64,000 nt of DNA, from positions 56,916,001-56,980,000 of the forward strand of contig CM060734.1 in NCBI GenBank assembly GCA_030704615.1, written 5' to 3'. The position numbers and the translations under genes are program-made. Below are positions 24,517-37,984 of the stretch, one piece after another. Source of the DNA: Takakia lepidozioides (taxonomy: Eukaryota > Plantae > Bryophyta). The first letter of the stretch is position 1; each line of letters starts with the position of its first letter. The notes beneath the pieces were generated by a model. The model was not told the origin of the DNA. It did not search any database and saw only the letters and a list, made by a program, of their open reading frames with translations.

Positions 24517-26649
24517 ATGAGTGATGAAAGAGAAGCTAGACTCCAAAGATATTCAGCAAAAAGAGAAAGTTATCTGAAAGCTCATTATCCATACCTGTGG
24601 GAGAGAGGAATAGACATTGGGGAATCATCTGGACCTCTCACACCATTGAGATCAGGGAGTACATCACCTATACCAGAGGAGCTAGAGTTGGATACCACAC
24701 CTTCTTTTTCTTTGCAAGAAAGATTAAGGGACTTGGCAGAGGAAGAAGATCAACCACGAGGTGAAAGATCTGAGGTACATCCCTGGATAAAAGATTTGGC
24801 AGAAATCTTTGATAAGAGTTGGCATGGAACACCAAGAGCAGGAACTCCAGTTTCGGGAGCAGAAGATGAGGATGCAGAACCAGCGGAGAGTTCAAACTCT
24901 CCAACATTATTACAAAATAGTTACATGAGTGAAGAAGAAGAAAACCAAGGAAGAAATTGGAAGATGAGGAATATGAAGAAGTAGACCCAGCAGCTGAGGT
25001 TGAGACTACAACCAGGACATCCCAACCCGTTGGACCTGGATCAAGTGGAGCACTTGGATCACAGGCCAACGAAGGTGTCGGCTCAGAGGGATCAGGCGAA
25101 AGACCTGGATCTGGCTCTGGGGGGACAGGGAGTGTGGAAAGTAGTGCAACTGAAGGCGGGAATACTGTGAATATAGAAAGGCCAGGAGCAGGAAGGGCTC
25201 AGGGGCCAGTAATTGGTGGAAGAACCACCACAAATACTACAGGTCCACAGGGACCAGCATCAGCCAAAGGGCCAACAACTGTCAAGGGGCAGGTGTAGGG
25301 TCGCAGATGGCGTTACAACCAACACGGGCTAAACCACCTTTTCCAATATATTCAGGGAAAGGGGATCCTGATGTACACATTAGCCAATTTGAGCACATGT
25401 GTATAGTGAACAATGAGAATGGCGATGATGCCAAGATGAGACTGTTTCCGTGTTCACTTATAAAGAAAGCCAGTGAATGGTATGCAAGATTCCCTGATAA
25501 TCATTTCCTAACCTGGAATGGCTTGAGTACAGCGTTCCGAAATAGGTTCAGGACCAGTAAAACTGAGGATGAAGTGTATGGGAGTTTACAACAGCTGAAG
25601 CAGAAGAAGCATGAAACTGTTGAAGAGTATATGGAGAAAATGGAGTTGATGATGAAAAAGTTGGCTGCTATACCAGCACCAGGATTGCAGAAGGCTTGGT
25701 TTGTGAATGGACTAAGGCCAGAGTTGCAAAAGAAAGTAGACATGTTACCCCACAATACAGTGGAGGAGGCATTTGAAACAGCAAACAGAATTGAGCAGTT
25801 GGGAATGCTCAGGAAGGAGAAAAGAGATGAAGAGGACTCTGAGGATGAGTCAGAAGAAGAAGAGGAGATGGAGCATAAAAGAAGAGTAAAAAGAAGGAAA
25901 AGATGAAGAGGGAAAATTATGAGAAGAGATTAGAAGAAATCTTGAAAAAGTATGCCACAGAGGCTGCAACACATTGGAGGAAGGGTGTTTGGTGTGCAAA
26001 ATGCCAGAATGAAGGCCACACCACTACTGAATGCCACATGAAGGAGAAACACTGCACTATCTGTAAAATGGATAACCATTCTACTGAGAATTGTTACTAC
26101 AACAGAAGAACAGCAGTAAGAGAGCCTAGGCAGGTAAGGGTGCATCAAGTGCAACCCCAGCCAAGAAGAAACAATGATCAAGACCACTATGGTAGGACAG
26201 GTGGTTATAACAATGGCATGGAAAGGAGAGGTAATCCAAGAGGGAATTACCAGCCAGGGAATCAGGATTACAGAAATAATCCCAGAACAGACCAAGGGCG
26301 AGGACCCAATGGAGAAGAACTGTGTTACTATTGTAATCAGGCAGGACATCGTAAGGCGGCTTGTCCATTCTGGATCAGACACCAGAATGAGATGAGAGCT
26401 CCTGGGAATGAGGGGCCAGTAGTGGCAGCCCACATGGTTAGGCCATGTATTGTACCGGAAGTGAGTACAATGATAGTAACAAGAAGCAGAGCCAAATTAG
26501 TACCTCCAGTGGAAGATGAAGTTGATGATAATGAAGATGGCAGTGATGTGCCTGAAGATGATGAGGCTTGGAGAGATGAGAAGAACTGCACAAGGAAGTG
26601 GCGGATACCATACGGGAAATGCAGAAGAGTACTGATATTCCCATGGTAG
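24517..26649 (+). pseudogene. Element E gag (acidic N-terminal extension, capsid, zinc knuckles), frameshifted
   Basis: FPIYSGKGDPDVHISQF, MRLFPCSL..ASEWY, CAKCQNEGHTTTEC, CYYCNQAGHRKAAC. Confidence 0.85.
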
Positions 26650-29600
26650 ACTCCTCAGACTCTGAAGGAGAAGAAGAAGTCAGTGAGGAAGAAGGAAAGA
26701 GGGAAGCTGCAGAAGTGCAGGGTAAGGAAGGGACATTGGCTGAAGTGATATGCCAGTCCAAAGTGGAAATTACCATTGGACAGCTATTAGCTGTGGCACC
26801 TTATTGTAGACACAGGCTGTATCAAGCAATCAACAGGATTGCCCATTTGACAGAGAACACAGACCTGAACAGCAAGGTGACCAGTTATAATGTGAGGCCA
26901 GAAGGGCAAGAAACAGTCATGGATTTTGATGATTCTATGCCAGTTATCCAGTTGAGAATTGGAAGCACAGAGCTGGCAGATGTACTGATAGATGGAGGCT
27001 CTGGTGTGAATATCATGACAGACCAATTGAGGCAGAAGCTAGGTCTAAACAACATGAAACCAGCCCCATTTACAGTAACCATGGCAGACCAAAGGAGTGT
27101 ACAGCCATTGGGATTGATCAGAGGAGTTAAAATCCAGATTCAAGAGATGATCTTTAAGATCACAGTAACTGTGTTGAAGATGAATGAAGTCCTGGAAGCT
27201 TATTCCTTATTGTTGGGAAGACCATGGCTGAAACAGGCCAAGGTGTCTCATGATTGGAATTCACAGTTACTGACTGTGCAGGATGGGTTGAACAAGATAC
27301 AAATCACCACTAAGAAATCTGAAAGACTATCTGCTACAAGAAGACCAAGAGGGGTCAGAGAGTATGATTGGAAAGAAGGACTGGATGAGGAACAGGAAGC
27401 TACTTTGTTCGCTGCACACCCAGAGTGGGAACAGGTTGCAGAGATGCAATTAGAAGGCCTGAGTTGTTTAAAAAGTATCTACTGTGGTGCAGTGACAACA
27501 ACCCCAATTGAGGAGGAAATAAATAGTTACCCACCACATTTTTATGAGGAAAGGGAAGGAGAGATTGATATCCTAGAGGAACCAGCCACTGTAAGTCTAC
27601 AGGATGAAATAGTAACTGGTTGGACAATCACAGCTGATGAGCAGGTGAGGGAAGTGAATGTGGGAACTGAGAAGGAACCAAGGATGGTGAAGGTAGGGGC
27701 GGATCTAGAGCCAGAATTCTTTGAGGAAGCAAAGAGTCTGTTCATTAAATACAGAGATGTATTTGCTTGGAGCTATGAGGATCTGAAGGGGATACCACCT
27801 GAGATCTGTCAACATAAGATTGAACTGGAACCAGGATCAATACCAGTTAAACAGGCGAGATACAGGATGAATCCCAACTATGCAGAGAAGGTTGGAGAAG
27901 AGATCAAAAAGTTGGCTGAAGCTAAATTTATATACCCGATAGAGTACACAACTTGGTTGTCACCCATTGTGATAGTCCCCAAGAAAAATGGCAAACTAAG
28001 AGTTTGTGTGAACTACAAGAAGCTGAATGCTTGTACGAGGAAGGATCCTTTTCCTCTACCATTCACAGAAGCAGTATTGGACACTGTGGCAGGCCATGAG
28101 ATGTATTCATTCATGGATGGCTTCAGTGGTTATAATCAAGTACAGGTGGCAGAGGAAGATCAAGGAAAAACAGCTTTCATCACAGACTGGGGTGCTTATG
28201 CATACAAAGTCATGCCTTTTGGACTTTGTAATGCACCAGCAACTTTCCAGAGAGTTATAAGTGAATCTTTTCAGGAGTACCTTGATGATTTCATGCAGGT
28301 GTTCTTGGATGATTTCAGTGTGTATAGCTCTAAGAGTGAGCACTTGCATAAATTGGAGTTGTGCTTGGCCAGATGCAGGATGAGAGGTCTGGGCCTGAAT
28401 CCAGAGAAATGTACTTTCTGTGTGAACTCAGGGGTACTTTTGGGACACATAGTGTGTAAAAAGGGACTTCTAGTGGATCCCAGAAAGACGGAGGCCATTA
28501 AAGCCTCCCCACCTCCAGTAAATGCTAAGAGTCTAAGGAGATTCCTGGGACAAACCAGCTACTACAGAAGATTTGTCAGACGGTATGCACAGATGGCAGC
28601 ACCTTTGAGCAAACTTTTAAAAAAAGACGCAGTGTTTGCATGGACAGATGAATGTCAACAGGCTTTTGAGGAACTGACATTGTCAATGACAACTACACCT
28701 GTATTGATTAATCCTCACTGGCAGGAAATGTTCCATGTTCACTGTGATGCTTCAGGAGAAGCATTGGGAGCGGTGCTAGCCCAAAATGTTACAGGAAGGA
28801 TAGATTCACCTGTGTACTATGCTAGCCGATTAATGAACAATGCTGAAAGAAATTATAGCACAACAGAAAGAGAAGCATTGGCAATGATCTATGCAGTGAA
28901 GAAATTCAGGCATTACCTGTTGGGTAAGAAGCTTTGATATACTTGGTAAACAAACCTCTGATAAGCGGAAGAATAGCAAGATGGTTGATAATCTTACACG
29001 AATTTGAGTTTGAGGTTGTTTACAAGCCTGGGAGGCTGCATCTTGTGGCGGACCACTTGTCACGGTTATCAACAGGTGAACCAGCCACAGGAGTAGATGA
29101 TCAATTACCAGATGCGAGCTTATTTGCCGTGGAGGTGCAGGGAAGTGCAGATGATTGGTTAGATTGGCAATGGCCAATCAGATACTATCTTACTCATGGT
29201 CAATGTCCACCAAGTTATGGGAAGGAGCAGAGAAAGAGAATTGCTATCAAGGCTTTACCTTACACTATGGTAGGAAGCAGAATGTATAAGCTAGGACCAG
29301 ATGGAGTGCTGAAGCGATGCTTATACCACCATGAAGTTGATAAAGTTTTGGAAGAAGTTCATAAAGGAGTGGCAGGGGGCCATTTTGGAGAAGAGACTAC
29401 CAGTAGGAAGATACTACTTGCCGGTTACTGGTGGCCTACCTTGTTCAAAGATGTGCACAAGTATTGTAAAACTTGTGATGAGTGTCAGAGGCTAGGACCA
29501 TTGCAGAGGTCTGGAAAGATGGCTTTGCATCCTACAATGCCTACTGAACCATTTCAGAAATGGGGACTGGACTTTGTTGGACCAATAAACCCACCAGCCA

Positions 29601-30472
29601 AGAATACACAGAACAAGTATATAATCACAGCTACTGATTATACTACGAAGTGGGTGGAAGCTAAAGCTCTGAGGGACAACACAGCTAAGTCCACAGCCAG
29701 GTTCTGTATGAGAACATACTTACACGGTTTGGCTGTCCCTGGAATTTATCAGTGATCAGGGAAGTCACTTCATCAATGAGACCATAGAACTCTTGACTAA
29801 GGAGTTCATGATTGTGCATAGGAAAAGTACAACCTATTACCCACAAGGTAATGGACAGGCAGAGGCTACCAACAAAATACTATGTACCATCTTGGCTAAA
29901 ATAGTCAATGCAAAAGAACAGACTGGGATACAAAGCTACTGACAGCTTTGTGGTCATACAGGACTTCATATAAAGTCACCACTAAGTATACACCATTCCA
30001 ATTAGTTTATGGTATGGAAGCTTTACTTCCAGTGGAGTTTTTATTACCTACTATGAGAACTGAATGGGGAAGAAGAATGGAATTGGAAGATTCAATTAAG
30101 GTCAGGAAACATGAATTATACCATATGGAGGAAGTACGAGCTGATGCAGCTGACAACATGACGAGAATACAGATGAAAAGGAAGGATCAGTTTGATGAAG
30201 GGAAGTTGAAGACTTTCAAAACAGGAGATTTGGTTTTGTGGTTACAGAAGAAGGGAAAGATTAAGGCTTCTAAGCTTAAATCGCCATGGAAGGGACCTTA
30301 TGTCATACAAAAGATGTATGATAACAACACGGCCATGTTACAAACCATTAACAAAGAAATGCTGGGCAGGGTCAATGCCAACAAGTTGAAAGGATACAGT
30401 GGTATCCATGACAAGCCATTGAGGCACGATTTGCATATAGAACCACAGGAGCAATACAGGCTGTTCCAGTAA
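26598..30472 (+). pseudogene. Element E pol: PR-RT-RH-IN
   Basis: [52 protein letters not shown] short deletion near 28930 removes the RNase H xDH motif. No archaeal RNase H or chromodomain seen. Confidence 0.93.
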
Positions 30473-30540
30473 CACCAACGGAGCATAGAATACTTGTCGT
30501 TAAACCGGTGAGGAGCGGAAAACACAGATGTTTAAATAGC

Positions 30541-30740
30541 TATCACAGCCCAACACAGGGTCACACAGCCTATCACAGCCCAACACAGGGTCACACAGCC
30601 TATCACAGCCCAACACAGGGTCACACAGCCCATCACAGCCCAACACAGGGTCACACAGCCTATCACAGCCCAGCACAGTGTCACACAGTCGCGCACAGCC
30701 TAGCACAGGGCGGCACAGCCTGTCACAGCCTCACACAGCC
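30541..30740. repeat. 30-bp tandem repeat TATCACAGCCCAACACAGGGTCACACAGCC (4 near-perfect copies plus degenerate ones)
   Basis: Read directly from the sequence; lies between pol and the 3' extra ORF. Confidence 0.92.
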
Positions 30741-31451
30741 AATCAGAATTACACAGTCCATAGGATTAGTGACAGGTGGACGAAAGATAACATCAGGGAA
30801 ATGGCCGGCGGAAGAAAGGGCGGAAGTCAGTTTAAAAGTGGACGCGTGGAAGTCAGGCCGTGACGCACAGCTGAGAAGGAGCTGCAAGAACAAGTGTCAT
30901 CAAGAAAAAGGACAGGAGTGGCCGTCAAAGTACCTACCTACTACGTCAAAGAGGATGGATGGCGGGCCCATTAATGCATACGGAAAAAGGGTAACGGAAC
31001 ATACGGCGAGTACAGAAAAACGAATTTCTTGTCACGTGTGTTATCCTAGTGGACAGGCCAGCAGGGAAAATCCACTAAAGAAAATTAATTCTAAAATCCA
31101 GTCACAGCGGTTACAGCCAATCATGAAGCAGGAGCAACTTCAAGAAAGTGAAAGGTTCTGAGCGCAAGAGTCGGCGTCGTTCCAAGTAACGGGCGTCTCG
31201 ACGGGACAGACAATCAATGCGATAGTTTTGAAGCTATGAGGGAACTAGCAGATTATACGCTCGCGATACTACTCACGCAGTGGCGAGGAAACAGAACAAC
31301 AGAGAGTAACTTTTCTCTTGATCAATGCTTGCAAGCCCCGCAGGTTTACAGGACACTACCCATAGCATTTTGTGGCAATCATACGTTTGTGCTTTGTGCT
31401 CTGCAGGCATTACTTCAGTTGTTACAGCCACAGCCTTACGGTTTCTCTAAA

Positions 31452-34400
31452 ATGAAGAGAGTAAGAGGGATGGAGGACATCAAGGTGAAAAGCACCACAA
31501 TCCTGCAGAAACAGACGATTGCGACGCCATACGCGGTGAAGTTACTGAAGGAACTGCGATTACAAGGATTGCAAAACAAGGATTGGACATTGCACCATCG
31601 GAAGTACATGTTAGAATTCTTGCAGAACTTTGACCCAAAGACAGGAGCCACAATGGTGAAGGGAGTTGAATTAGAACTTACTCCCTTATACCTACAGCAA
31701 CTGTTTTCATTGCCAGCAGGTCAGGTTCATGTGGACGAGCACAGGGCTAGATTGCAGATGAAAGATTTGTTTGAAGAAGGGAGTTTCTTTAAAACTCAAG
31801 GCTATGCTTGTACCAAAGCGGTGTACCCAGGGCTCAGGGAGGTAGGCCAGATATTGAACGTTCTGTTTGCCATGAAACAGAACCAGCAGTATTTGAGCAG
31901 ATCCTTCACAGAGGAAATACTCAAAGGCCTGAGAGGAGAAGAGGTAGCATGGGAGAACATCATGTACAACGGACTGGTAGAGGAGATGAAAAGATTGCAG
32001 GGAACTGCCGCTAAATCTCCTATCATAGTATCTGGGCCAGTCATTGCACAAATCATCCTAGACTCATGCGTACTTGATGCGAGAGAAAGGAAGGAAATGG
32101 GAGTGTTTGAAATAACAACCACTACCATAGAAGAGCAAGGTTCTTCACAGGGTGAAGGGGGATTGGCAGAGCATCAACAGCCCAAAAGACAGAGGAAAGG
32201 GATCACGTTGGAAGCCGAACCATTGGCTACAAGGCAGCAGGAGGAAGAAGTTACTCAAGCTCTTGTGCAGGAGAGGGTACAGCAGCACAGAGATCAAGGG
32301 TTACAAACAGCACAACCTGTGGAGAGGGAACAGGAAGTCAATTCAGTATCACAGCCATCACAGCCAGGTGAACGGCTTGCCAAAGAGTTACCACAAGTGG
32401 TCCATGCGGTTCCTCCACAAATAATAGATTTGGAAACAGAAGGGTTAGATATTCCAACTACAGAGCAAGTGGTGGCAGAGATTGAGAGAGGTGATCTTCT
32501 CTATGAAGACTCTAGTTTGCTCAGAGAGAGAGTGGAGCCAGAGGTCCAAAATCTGTCCAGTGAACTTCCTGATGTGCAGGTAATACCCCCACCAGCGCCA
32601 CAAGTTCCAGAAGAGGAACATCAGGACACAGCAGCATCTGGGAGAAATGAGGAAATTGAGAAGGAGGATCTGGTGGAGCAGTGGCCTGAGTGGTTTGTGA
32701 GGCATCATCCTATGGATGAGGGGGGTGAACAGCAGCATGTTAACCATGATGGGCCTCAGCAGGCTATGCTGATGAACTCCATAAGCCGAACCCTCAATTT
32801 GTTGGGAACTTACATGAAGTCACATGTTCCAGTGACTCAGTTGGAAGTTCTGAAGGAGGAACTCAGAAAAGAGTTCGAAAATCGGTTGGCAACCGAGTGT
32901 GTTAACAAAGTTGAGATGGAAGTGCATCTGCAGTTGCAACAGGAGTTGAGGGAAACAAAGAATGCTCTGCAATTTGCTAAGCAGCAACTGATTGAGGGGG
33001 GTCTGGAGCAAGACCATCTGCAGGAGATACACAAGCAGCAATTATTCCAATTGCAGAACAAGCATGAGGATGAGATGCAAGGACTAAAGGAACAACAGCA
33101 GAGTTGGAGGTAGTACATCAAAGGATGACGGTGCAATGTGCCACCCTCACAAATGTTCTAGAGCAAGCCACAACAGAAGCCAACCAGCAGAGGGAGCGAT
33201 GTGTAAGGGCAGAAACGGAGGTAGTGGAGCAAGCCAAATTCATTGTGGACCTCAAAGATACAATATGTCACAATGAGGGTGCTTTACAGCAATACAAACA
33301 GGTTGAGGCTAACCAGGAGAAGTACATTGTGGAGTTACAACAGACCTTATGTCGAATAGGAATCAACTCTCTGTAGCTAACAAGGCAGCGAGGGAAGCCA
33401 ATAATCTGGCTGCAGCTTATGCCAATTTAGTTGAACCTCATGAGAAGCGCATGCAAGGATTGCAACAGCAGTTAGATGCCTACAGACTCAAGGAGGAGCA
33501 GAGTCTCAGAGATGTTACACAGGACAGAGTGGATGACCAACTTTTAAAAGTATGGTTAGCACAAGGGCCAGTGGAAGGGAAAGCACCGAGAAAGCTCACC
33601 CAGGGGGAGATGAATGACCTGAGGCTGCAAGTGCAGAATATTGCCACCACTACTATAGACAATGTCTATAGTAGAATAGGAGAGCTCCAAGAGGATGTGG
33701 ATACACTGCAGACTCAAGTGGAGGACTTGAGTTCAAACATAGACCAAAGGCTCATGATTCCTAAAGAACATCTCATGGAGGCGTATTTGAGGGCCAGAAC
33801 TCTAGTTTTCCAGGCTTTTTCGCAAGAAGTGCAGGGGATGCCAGTGGTGGAAACACCAATAGAACCAGTTTCACAGCAGGTGGCTGTACAGGTTACTGAA
33901 TCTCCTATGACAGCAGTTGCACGGCCTGAGGTATGGGGAAATGCTGCTTTCAACCCACCCAAGACTCATGCTGCACGGGAATACAACCGAGCAATGATCA
34001 TGCCCTTCAATGAAATTCCAGATAGCTTGGATTTGGCTTGGAATCAATTTGGTCCTCCACAATCCTTTCCACACTACTACCAAATAATGCGCATTTGGTT
34101 GCCAGTGGCCACTCGGACTAAGATTCTGGCAATGAATCAGCTCATTGAGGATCATCATTTTTCAAGGTACTGGTCTGAGGCAGGCACCATGTTGAAGGAG
34201 TTAATAGCTTTCCAGGTTGTTCATGGGCACATTCACACCAAAACAAAGGAAGTAGCGAGTTTGGTCATGGGCTGTGGAATTTATTATACTGCTTGTTTCA
34301 TTGCACGTTACCACATTGAGCAGCAGAAGATGCAGTCCAGATTTCTGACTTATTCCACTACAGATCATTGGACCTTACCTGTGGTGCCGCATCATACGTA

Positions 34401-35007
34401 TTTATATGATGTGAAAATCATGTTACAGAGGGATTCACAACTCCGTTCATGGTTTAACATGGCCTGGAACAACTTGAGCAACGAAAAACGGCATATTGAC
34501 GACATTTTTAATAAGGAGCAGACAGCTTGGCAATACCTATACTGCTCCAAAGTTACTGGCACACCTCTCACCTATACTGAGAAGGAATTGTTGAAGTTCA
34601 ATAAACTTGCTTTCAACAGGTTACACAACGTTGTGAAGCTTAAGGTTCCTGACATGGTGGGGCCACACTGTATGCCAATTTTCATTCCAGAGAAACCAAG
34701 AAAGGCAAGAAAACCAAAAAACTGCAGGACTGAAACAGATTCGGACACAACAGCTGAATCTTCAGAACAAACTCTTGACATATGGGAGGAATATGATCAA
34801 GCACTGCACGACAAGAAACGACGAGGATCTCCCACACCAGAGCCATTACAGCCGGTTCAGTCAAAGGGCAACAAATCAGGTTCAAGTACAGCTCAAGCAT
34901 CTCCAGCAAGCAGTCATAGAACTCGGGCACGTACAGAGAGCCCTCCAAGGCACTCTCACAAACAGACAGGACCACGTTCACAAAGATTTACTGATCCTAA
35001 GCAGTAA
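31452..35007 (+). CDS. Element E 3' extra ORF (roughly 1180 aa if two frameshifts are corrected), coiled-coil protein
   Basis: Overlapping ORFs 31236..33113, 33104..33376 and 33349..35007. ATG 31452 follows acceptor CTCTGCAG at 31406. Long E/Q-rich heptad region. Confidence 0.7.
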
Positions 35008-35045
35008 ACCGTGAGGACACGGCTTTTTGAGAGGGGAATGGGTAA

Positions 35046-35876
35046 TGTTAGGAGGCAGTCTGGGACTTAGGCATTTTTATGGGTTCTGTGGAGTCTGGGA
35101 CTTAGACACTTCTATGGGTTCTGAGGGGTACCCTTAATTTTTTAAGACAGCCTGTCACAGCCAGTCACAGCCATACACAGCCCGTCACAGCCAGTCACAG
35201 CCCGTCACAGCCATACACAGCCAGTCACAGCCCGACACAGCCCGATACAGCCGTCACAGTCTGACACAGTCGTAGGGAACGGTTATCATGACAGGGAACG
35301 ACTGTGGGGAACAAACATCTGCCGGGGAACATGTAATTCACGGAGGACGGTTAGTGAAGGAAAACGGTTAGAACAGCGGGTAAGGGGATAAAGCGGGCAG
35401 CGGAGACGGGAAGGGGGACTTTTTGGGACGGAGATCACTCCTGGGAGAGGACTGAGATCGGAGGAAAGGAAGCTGGCGAGGAGGAAGGAGATACTATAGG
35501 ACAGAGTTAGTACGAGATGTAGGATTACTTAGAGGGATAGATTCGAGAAGTTAGGACATCAGCATATATCCGATTATGATTAATCTGATTCTCATCCGAT
35601 ACAAACACCTTGTGTTGAGAGACTTGAGTGAAGCTGTGTATGAATGAAATCAGGGGGCCCAAAGAAGCAATCTGACGCTTAAAAAGATACGTGGTCAAGA
35701 TAAACAGGGAATATAAACTGATAAGGAATATAATTGGAAACCCAACAATGATTCACTAGCTGCATGTCATGACTGATTGTTTCACGCGGGCTGAATGCTT
35801 AGAGATATCCAACTCTTCTATCTTGGAGTTTCCCCCTCGGATAGCGAAGGGATGGGTGAGTAAAAGCTGCGTGACA
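35046..35876 (+). repeat. Element E 3' LTR
   Basis: Direct repeat of 23052-23909. Confidence 0.95.
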
Positions 35877-35881
35877 GGAGC

Positions 35882-37200
35882 CCCAGCTTTTGTGCTGTTG
35901 CTGGTGTCATGAAAGAGTGCGACGCTCCTGTGTCCACCAACAACGACACGTTAGTTCCGAAAATTATCCCATCCACGAACAATAACTGACTTCCTTTACG
36001 TAGGGCGCTAGTTTCCTGATACAACTCACAAGAGTAGTTGCCTACCTTGTAAGTCTTGGCGACCACCGCTTCCACCAAGCGGCTGATGGACTCTTCCGAC
36101 AGCTCTGTGGTCGCCCGAGTCAAGTTCAATTGTCGGGGCTTTGCGCACTTCTTAGCCATGTGCTCGGGCTCCCCTCAATTAAAGCACACTCCATCGAAGG
36201 TCGTCTTTTGTCCGCCATAAGGCGTCGCACCTGATTTTCCTTTCGGAGCACCGGGTGTCGTCTTGGCGTGTGAAGGCCCTCCCTTCGATTTCCACGTGCC
36301 ATTGTCGCCGCGTGGCCTATCCCACTTCTTTTCCGATCGAAAGGAGTCACCCTCCGCCGGGTCTTCTTGTGGTTCAGCTCCGTACGGCCTTGTCTTTCGC
36401 CCCTAGGGACATCCGAAAAGCATTCAGCCTTCTCAATTGCCTCGTTCAAAGTCTTAGGTGGCTTCTCCTCCAACTTCCGCCTGGCCCATGGGGCCTGTCC
36501 CGCCACAAAGTTGAAGACCATTTCTGGTTCTGCCATGTCCGCGACTTCCAGCAACAGCACATTGAAAGCCTGAACATATCCCCGAATTCATTTGTTTGCT
36601 TCAAATTCATCATCTTGTCCCGGGCGAGCCAAGACGCGTTGAGGGGCACAAACTGTCTCTTCATCAGTTCCTTGAACTCACTCCAGTTCAAGGTTTCCGG
36701 GTTTGGACCTCGGTCGTGAAGGCGTTTCTGCCACCATTGTTGAGCATAGCCCCTTAAATAGGTGGGAGCCACTTCCACCCGATCCTCGTCACTCAACTTG
36801 GCCGCCCGGAAGTACTGCTCTAGCTCCAAGAGCCAGGTGTTGAGTGCCTTCTGATTTCGGACGCCCTCGAAGGTGCCGGGTTCCTTAGGCTTCACCTTAA
36901 ACTTTGCCTTAGTGGAAGTGGCATTAGCCGCCTTCAACACGTCTTTCAACGTCCCGCCAAACTGCGCCAACAACCATTCCCAAAAGGCTGCTGGCATGGG
37001 AGGCATGGTCTGTCGGAGCTCTTAGGGATTCCTCGGGCTCCAACTCCTCAGATTCCTCCCGTTCTTGAGCGGCCTCGCTTTCAAAAGCATGCATCGCTTC
37101 CTCAAATGGCCGCTTCGGTGACACGTCGCCCCCATCGGGCTCACCAGGATAATCATCTTTCAGGCCGTTCCGCTTTTGCTTTGGCTTGCCCGACCCCATG
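35882..37200 (-). pseudogene. Element D gag and protease N-terminus
   Basis: YLRGYAQQWW, EMVFNFVAGQAPWARRKL, LLVDTGASHSFM. Confidence 0.88.
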
Positions 37201-37254
37201 ATGAGGCCAAACCCAAGGACGATCGCGTACTGAACTCTAAGCTGTGATACCAAG

Positions 37255-37979
37255 TGTCGCGCACCTCACTTTGGTAAGTTCCCCTTCAAGTCATAGTTAC
37301 TCGCTTTGATGCGCGCGCCTAACTTCCAACCTGGCCGCCGGGCCAACTTGGAGCTTCGGCTGCTCACCGGGACATAACGGTCCCCTTTTACTCTTCCACC
37401 AGACCCTCCACCAATTTGGGCCTAGTGGAAATTCCCTTTGGTACATGGCAGTCCGGAATAGCTCCCCACTCCTTGGTCGCTTTCTGGCTCGCTCGCTTAC
37501 TCACTAGTTTTTTGTCACCAACGGGCTTGCACCATTCTCGGGGTTACTACTCCCTATATATACTTCTGTGACTGTCCGCGGGGTTTTCACAAACAACCAT
37601 GCCATTTTATGGCGAACCACCACGAAGACCCTCGATTCCCGGTTATGAGTCGCGGTAAGTCTTGGCCCACCCACCACGGCCCCATTGGACCATGATGAGT
37701 CCCAAGACTCCCCACGACTCCCACCACAAGGTCTCCGCCCCATGGTGAGTCCTATGCCACCCCCACTAAGTCCCACTAAGCTACCACCACCTCTTGTGGA
37801 GCCACCCCCACCGCAACCTGGTGTGCGGGCTCCACCTAGTGGGCGCCTCCGCCTCCTTGAGTGCCTTGGGCACTCAAGGGTGCTTCAGCCCCCCGAACCT
37901 ATCGCTGCCACTGCCCCCACCACCAGGGCAGCCCCTCCTGCGTCCCGACCCCTTGCCCTCAAGGCAAAGGGCCGTGACA
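37255..37979 (-). repeat. Element D 5' LTR
   Basis: Adjacent to the PBS. TATATATAG on the minus strand near 37553-37562. Confidence 0.9.
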
Positions 37980-37984
37980 CGTTG

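Larger units (their letters stand above)
23052..35876 (+). mobile_element. Element E: non-chromovirus Ty3/Gypsy (Phygy/Selgy/Athila-like) with extra 5' and 3' ORFs, inserted in the protease of D
   Basis: LTRs 23052-23909 and 35046-35876 (TGTTAG...GTGACA), TSD GGAGC, PBS TGGCGACCATACTGGGGA (tRNA-Arg-like) at 23912-23929, PPT GAGAGGGGAATGGG before the 3' LTR. Confidence 0.95.
18585..37979 (-). mobile_element. Element D: Galadriel-like chromovirus (Ty3/Gypsy), inserted in gag of element B
   Basis: LTRs 37255-37979 and 18585-18956 (TGTCGC...GACA), 5-bp TSD CGTTG, PBS TGGTATCACAGC (tRNA-iMet-like) at 37241-37252. Galadriel-type gag KPKEPGTFEGVRNQKALNTWLLELEQYF. Confidence 0.92.

Noticed and set aside
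30508-31161. 217-aa ORF with HSPTQGHTAY repeats
   Set aside because: Translation artefact of the 30-bp tandem repeat.
31236-35007. Retroviral-type env gene
   Set aside because: No evident signal peptide or transmembrane anchor in the reading from ATG 31452.
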